Below are positions 59,880 through 64,000 of a stretch of DNA of 64,000 bases, in pieces. The notes beneath the pieces are model-generated. The model had not been told where the DNA came from, did no database searches, and saw nothing but the letters and a program-made list of their open reading frames with translations. The first letter of the stretch is position 1. The number at the start of each line of letters is the position of its first letter. A program made the translations under genes and the position numbers. This DNA is from Fibrobacteria bacterium (GTDB lineage Bacteria; Fibrobacterota; Chitinivibrionia; Chitinivibrionales; FEN-1185), in the NCBI GenBank assembly GCA_037447435.1, contig JBBIGR010000014.1:37178-101177 (forward strand), in the 5' to 3' direction.

Positions 59880-61658
59880 ATGATTCGCTTTTCGTTGATT
59901 TGGAAAGTTGTTACCTTCGCCCTGCTAGCAGGTCTCGCAGGAAATGCGGCAGCAGCAATTAACATCGTACCAAAACCTGTAACAATGACCGCAGGTGCAG
60001 GAACACTTACCTTTGCCGCAACAGATGTTGTCACGCTTTATGGGGATGGCCCATCCAGAGACTCAACCTTGCCGTGGATAGTAAAGCTTTTTACCAATGC
60101 CCATATTGCAACATCAATTGTTTCAGATGCGGGTTCAGCCAAAGTAGCAGTAACCATGGCCGCAAATTCGACTCTCGGGAGCGAAGGTTACACCATGAAC
60201 ATAACCGCTTCTCAAATTGCCATTTCAGCCCCAACCTTAACGGGGCAATTTTATGCAGTGCAATCCTTACGTCAGTTGTTTCCAGCGGGAGTTGAAGATT
60301 CTTCCGCAACTGGACCTGTTTCATTGCCTGTCGTGTCAATCACAGACTATCCTAAATTTCCGCATCGTGGTATTATGCTGGACCCTGTAAGACATTTTTG
60401 CCCGATCGATTATCTTTATCAAACGGTTGATCGTTTAGCATTGTATAAGGTTAATCGTATTCATCTTCTTATAAGCAATGACCAGGGTTATCGGCTTGAA
60501 AGCACGGTTTTCCCAAAACTTAATTCTATTGGATCACAAACCTGTTGCCAAACACCAGCCATCCATCCGCCGGCAGGTACAAATTGGTATTATCTGCAAT
60601 CTGAAATGAAGGCTTTATGTATATACGCGGCAAAAAGGAAAATTGAAATATATCCTGAAATTGATATGCCTGGACATTGTACGGCAATTTGCGCATCTTA
60701 CCCTTATATGGGGACGCCGAATAATGCTGTTCAAACTTCCGAAGACGTGGGATTAAGCATTATGAACTCTTCAGGCACCTATGCAGATAGTGTTATGAAA
60801 TTTATTGGTAAACTTTGGAGGGAAGTGTATCCATGCTTTCCATATGCAAAACGAGTTTGTATGGGTGGTGATGAATGCGGTCCCGGCGTTATTAGCGCAG
60901 GCAATTTAAAACTCATTGCTATGAAGGTTCAAGATACCTGCAAAGCTGTCGGTATTCCGATGGTCGTCGCATGGGATGAAATAGCAGCAGACAATGCTTT
61001 GGAAAGTGGAAACTGGTCTCAAGATTGGCATCCTAATCAAACTGGAGGTCAGGTAAAATCGGAATGCACAACATTGTATCTCGACCATGCAAATGAAAGC
61101 GGTGATAATGGAGCTATAAATTGGTGTCCTCCGCAATATAAACCACTTTCCCAAATTTATGCTGCTACAATGACAGCTTCTTATCAGGGATTAGAAGGTA
61201 CGCTTTTTTCCGAAAGATTATCAGTGTACCCGGCAAATTGGGATACGAGAATGTGGCCACGTATGGCTGCTGTCGCAGAAGTCGGTTGGAATCAGAACAC
61301 CTATAGCGATTTTGTAACCCGTATCGGACCGTTTGGTACCAGGTTATCTGCAATGGGAATCGGTTATTGGAAAAATTCTGGCGTTACTTGGGGAACCGGC
61401 ACGCAAAATTCTAAAATGACTAGTGTTTATAACAAATTTAATCCTGTACTAAGTATAACCTCGATATCTCGCCCGGTGTCGTATTCTACAAACCGGACTC
61501 CGAGATTTTTCAAAAGCGATGCTTATAAAATCTATGACCTGAGCGGTCGTGTAATCGCAATAAGCAATGGTCAGAAAATTACACAAGCGATTAAAGCAAT
61601 GCATGGCACATTTGTCGTACAAGACGATATAGGAAATACTAGGACATTTGTAAAATAA
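59880..61658 (+). CDS. Secreted GH20 beta-N-acetylhexosaminidase with T9SS-CTD-like tail
   Basis: DYPKFPHRGIMLD..RHF, PEIDMPGH, GGDE catalytic pair, WPRMAAVAEVGW; C-terminal IYDLSGR. Confidence 0.92.
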   Translation: MIRFSLIWKVVTFALLAGLAGNAAAAINIVPKPVTMTAGAGTLTFAATDVVTLYGDGPSRDSTLPWIVKLFTNAHIATSIVSDAGSAKVAVTMAANSTLGSEGYTMNITASQIAISAPTLTGQFYAVQSLRQLFPAGVEDSSATGPVSLPVVSITDYPKFPHRGIMLDPVRHFCPIDYLYQTVDRLALYKVNRIHLLISNDQGYRLESTVFPKLNSIGSQTCCQTPAIHPPAGTNWYYLQSEMKALCIYAAKRKIEIYPEIDMPGHCTAICASYPYMGTPNNAVQTSEDVGLSIMNSSGTYADSVMKFIGKLWREVYPCFPYAKRVCMGGDECGPGVISAGNLKLIAMKVQDTCKAVGIPMVVAWDEIAADNALESGNWSQDWHPNQTGGQVKSECTTLYLDHANESGDNGAINWCPPQYKPLSQIYAATMTASYQGLEGTLFSERLSVYPANWDTRMWPRMAAVAEVGWNQNTYSDFVTRIGPFGTRLSAMGIGYWKNSGVTWGTGTQNSKMTSVYNKFNPVLSITSISRPVSYSTNRTPRFFKSDAYKIYDLSGRVIAISNGQKITQAIKAMHGTFVVQDDIGNTRTFVK

Positions 61659-61688
61659 TTTTTTTTTGACCAGTTTGATTAGGCAATA

Positions 61689-61730
61689 AGAAACTTGCGG
61701 GACCTTAAATAATAGCTCCCGCAGGTTTCT
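61689..61730 (+). terminator. Hairpin/terminator after GH20
   Basis: AGAAACTTGCGGGA...TCCCGCAGGTTTCT. Confidence 0.6.
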
Positions 61731-61843
61731 GCTTATTAGGACCAAAATCCGGCGAACTCAGATGGATATATCCAATCAGTAAATAGTCGCCACTAATACA
61801 TAAAAACATATTTGTTTTCACTATTTGCATAAAGGAGGCTGCG

Positions 61844-63289
61844 TTGAAACCGTTTTTATTTTTTCAATTTCTAGCATGGGCCATTTTCTTTTGTGGACAG
61901 GCATTTGCAGATGATTCGCTCATATCATCTGTCGCTGAACCCAAGGAAAATTCAGATGTAGTCAAATCAATCCCGGAAAAAATTTCCATCACTCCCCATG
62001 GTTTCGCGGGAGTGCAAACATTCAGAATTATGGGGTATAAAAACTTAGATGTTGATTATGGACCTGAAAACTTTAATAATTCCGTACTCAATTTTACCTT
62101 TGATATCCATTTAGGGGAACGTTATACCATTAGCGCAGGTTTGGAAGGATATGTCTCATTCAGCACCGTGCCATACAATCAACTGGGAAGCGTTGGGAGA
62201 ACCGAACAGGCTAGCCCGTTGTGGTCCTGGTATATGGCAAACGCGGAAATGTCCTATACCTTCAAAGATTCGACGGACCCTTTTTTCGGCTACATCGGGG
62301 TCGGGCTATTTCCCTATAAATACAACGAAGAAGCCCGTAACCTTGGAGAGTACCTTTTTTCACGTACCGGCACCTACCCAGGTTGGATAACAACTACATT
62401 CGACTGGACCTCATCAAGACTTACAGGTTTATTGCTTAGCACCAACCTTTTTCATTCCTGGAAAAACGATTTCATGCTTACAACAGAAATGCAGTGGTTT
62501 CCCTTCTACGATTTATCCCTTTCCTGGGTCAGTAGCTTTCCAATAGGGAATTTTCTTGATCTTGGCGCAGGATTATCATTTTGCCGGTTCATTTCCGCGA
62601 ATAACAGTTATACAACTCCTGAAGTAAATGCATCTATGCCCTCAAAATATGTCCCGAATTTTTATATTAAAGAAAATGGTGACACAGCCTATTATACATT
62701 TGCGGGAACAAAAGCAATGGCCCGTGCAACATTTAATCTCAAAGGTCTTTTTCCAAACTTTCAACCAAGCACCAAATTAGGACGCCTGGCGGAAGAGGAT
62801 GGAAAAGTTTTTGGTGAGTTGGCAATCCTCGGATGGGAGAACCAGGGTACCGTGTATGATACACTCTGGCAGCGAATGCCGATTATGTTTGGAGTAAACA
62901 TTCCTACTTTCAATCTTTTGGATGTTCTTTCTATCCAAGGGGAATACTACGGGTCACCATATCCGAATGATTATACCAATCAAATAGAGTTTAACTCCAA
63001 AGGTGTCCCACAGCCTGCAAAAGGCAGCGGATACGGAACCGCAGCTAGCCCTTATACAGTAGCCGACTCAGCTACGGGACGCCCCAATTATTATGCCAAT
63101 CAATTTACACATTGGAAATGGTCAGTATATGCCAGAAGATGGTTTGGGCCTCATCTTGCCATTGTTGGTCAGATTGCGCGTGATCACTGGAGAACCAGTA
63201 CGCCATATGGAACTTATCAGGATTTTGAAGATGCATTGATATCCGACAAAGACTTTTACTGGGCGCTTAAGATTGTGTCGGTTTGGTAA
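61844..63289 (+). CDS. Hypothetical exported protein, probable outer-membrane beta-barrel
   Basis: TTG start after AAGGAGG; signal peptide; aromatic-rich alternating strands; C-terminal YWALKIVSVW. Confidence 0.65.
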   Translation: MKPFLFFQFLAWAIFFCGQAFADDSLISSVAEPKENSDVVKSIPEKISITPHGFAGVQTFRIMGYKNLDVDYGPENFNNSVLNFTFDIHLGERYTISAGLEGYVSFSTVPYNQLGSVGRTEQASPLWSWYMANAEMSYTFKDSTDPFFGYIGVGLFPYKYNEEARNLGEYLFSRTGTYPGWITTTFDWTSSRLTGLLLSTNLFHSWKNDFMLTTEMQWFPFYDLSLSWVSSFPIGNFLDLGAGLSFCRFISANNSYTTPEVNASMPSKYVPNFYIKENGDTAYYTFAGTKAMARATFNLKGLFPNFQPSTKLGRLAEEDGKVFGELAILGWENQGTVYDTLWQRMPIMFGVNIPTFNLLDVLSIQGEYYGSPYPNDYTNQIEFNSKGVPQPAKGSGYGTAASPYTVADSATGRPNYYANQFTHWKWSVYARRWFGPHLAIVGQIARDHWRTSTPYGTYQDFEDALISDKDFYWALKIVSVW

Positions 63290-63345
63290 TTTTTTAGTAG
63301 GTAGTGAAATTTAAATTATTATAAATAGATTTGTATTTCTATAAT

Positions 63346-63385
63346 AAAAGGAGTTATCGCTTGAAGCAATAACTCCTTTTATTTG
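63346..63385. terminator. Bidirectional terminator
   Basis: AAAAGGAGTTAT...ATAACTCCTTTT between convergent genes. Confidence 0.8.
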
Positions 63386-63661
63386 TTTTTTACTTTTGCA
63401 CATTGCATAGTATCATTTGTCATACTTGCAAACAAGATTGATATTTTTTGCAAGAAAAATCAAATTGAACAGTTCCGGCATCAGCAATACACATATACAC
63501 ATTTTTTCTTTTAAAATTATTTGATTACTATTTTTATCATTCTTGGGGCAAAAACATATTGTTTTAATTTTAAAAATAACATAATCAACATTGTCGTTCA
63601 ACTATCAACACAAAAAGTTTCAAAATCAGAATTGCCATGTTAAATACCTCTCACATTCATT

Positions 63662-64000
63662 TTAAGGCAATAACGATCTATACATTCCATTATTTTGAGT
63701 TCCATTAAACAAGTAATGTCCTCCAATAGCAATAGCCTTTGTATAGAAACCACCTAGGAAGTTTGTCGACATTGTCCATGATATTCCATTATTCCAAGAG
63801 ACAAAAATTCCATCTCCACCTGTTGAAGCTAAAACTGCATTTCCGGTCGTTACAATTGATGTGGGTTGTCGAAGCGTATAAGATGCCCATGAGTTAACCG
63901 CATTCCATGATCGCCCATTATCAATTGAGGAATACATTTCAACAGCATCAGCCGCTCCAGCATAAACAGTATTGCCATTTGTGCCAAGAGACATTATTGT
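63662..64000 (-). CDS. 3' end of BNR/Asp-box beta-propeller protein (partial)
   Basis: SIDNGRSW and SWNNGISW Asp-box repeats; frame open to the window edge. Confidence 0.75.
   Translation of the reverse strand, partial: TIMSLGTNGNTVYAGAADAVEMYSSIDNGRSWNAVNSWASYTLRQPTSIVTTGNAVLASTGGDGIFVSWNNGISWTMSTNFLGGFYTKAIAIGGHYLFNGTQNNGMYRSLLP

Noticed and set aside
61763..61774. Palindrome TGGATATATCCA as a second copy of the 59506 operator
   Set aside because: The centre is out of phase (ATATAT vs TATATA); not demonstrably the same motif.
1..64000. CRISPR arrays, tRNA/rRNA genes, transposases, integrases, selenocysteine read-through
   Set aside because: I saw no regularly spaced direct repeats, cloverleaf or rRNA signatures, recombinase motifs, or in-frame TGA-split genes on reading by eye.

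Overview
Gene-dense bacterial chromosomal window. The lineage is inferred to be Fibrobacterota/Chitinivibrionia-like from gene content and secreted-protein architecture, not from a marker gene. I found no rRNA, tRNA, CRISPR array or transposase. Contents in order: end of a type II secretion/type IV pilus cluster; nitroreductase, SpoIID-like lipoprotein, def, yajC; an orphan FlgM-like ORF behind a sigma28-type promoter; amidohydrolase; a pentapeptide-repeat gene frameshifted at an A12 tract; NfeD-like/flotillin pair; TPR proteins and a GT41 glycosyltransferase; a Crp-like regulator between two beta-helix genes; Tat-exported SOD; TetR-fabF; ychF; a long ilvBNC-leuA-leuB-cimA-ilvE operon headed by an unannotated Ile/Leu/Val leader-peptide attenuator; metH, nudC and two transsulfuration enzymes; GH55; trxA; mnmD; a TetR/TolC/HlyD/ABC-2 efflux operon with no ATPase gene; aroK; cysK-metY-HPr-Rrf2-moeB; brnTA; DUF1573; GH20 and a probable outer-membrane protein. 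The best candidate for an undescribed system is the cysK locus. There a Cys-rich HPr paralogue (ends ...FDGGSGI) and the abutting 3-Cys Rrf2 regulator (ends ...GANYVI) both carry CysE/CymR-type C-terminal Ile tails that could dock in the CysK active site. Matching 25-bp Rrf2-type operators lie upstream of cysK and of the metI/metC-like pair. All functional calls come from motif recognition by eye; no searches were run.
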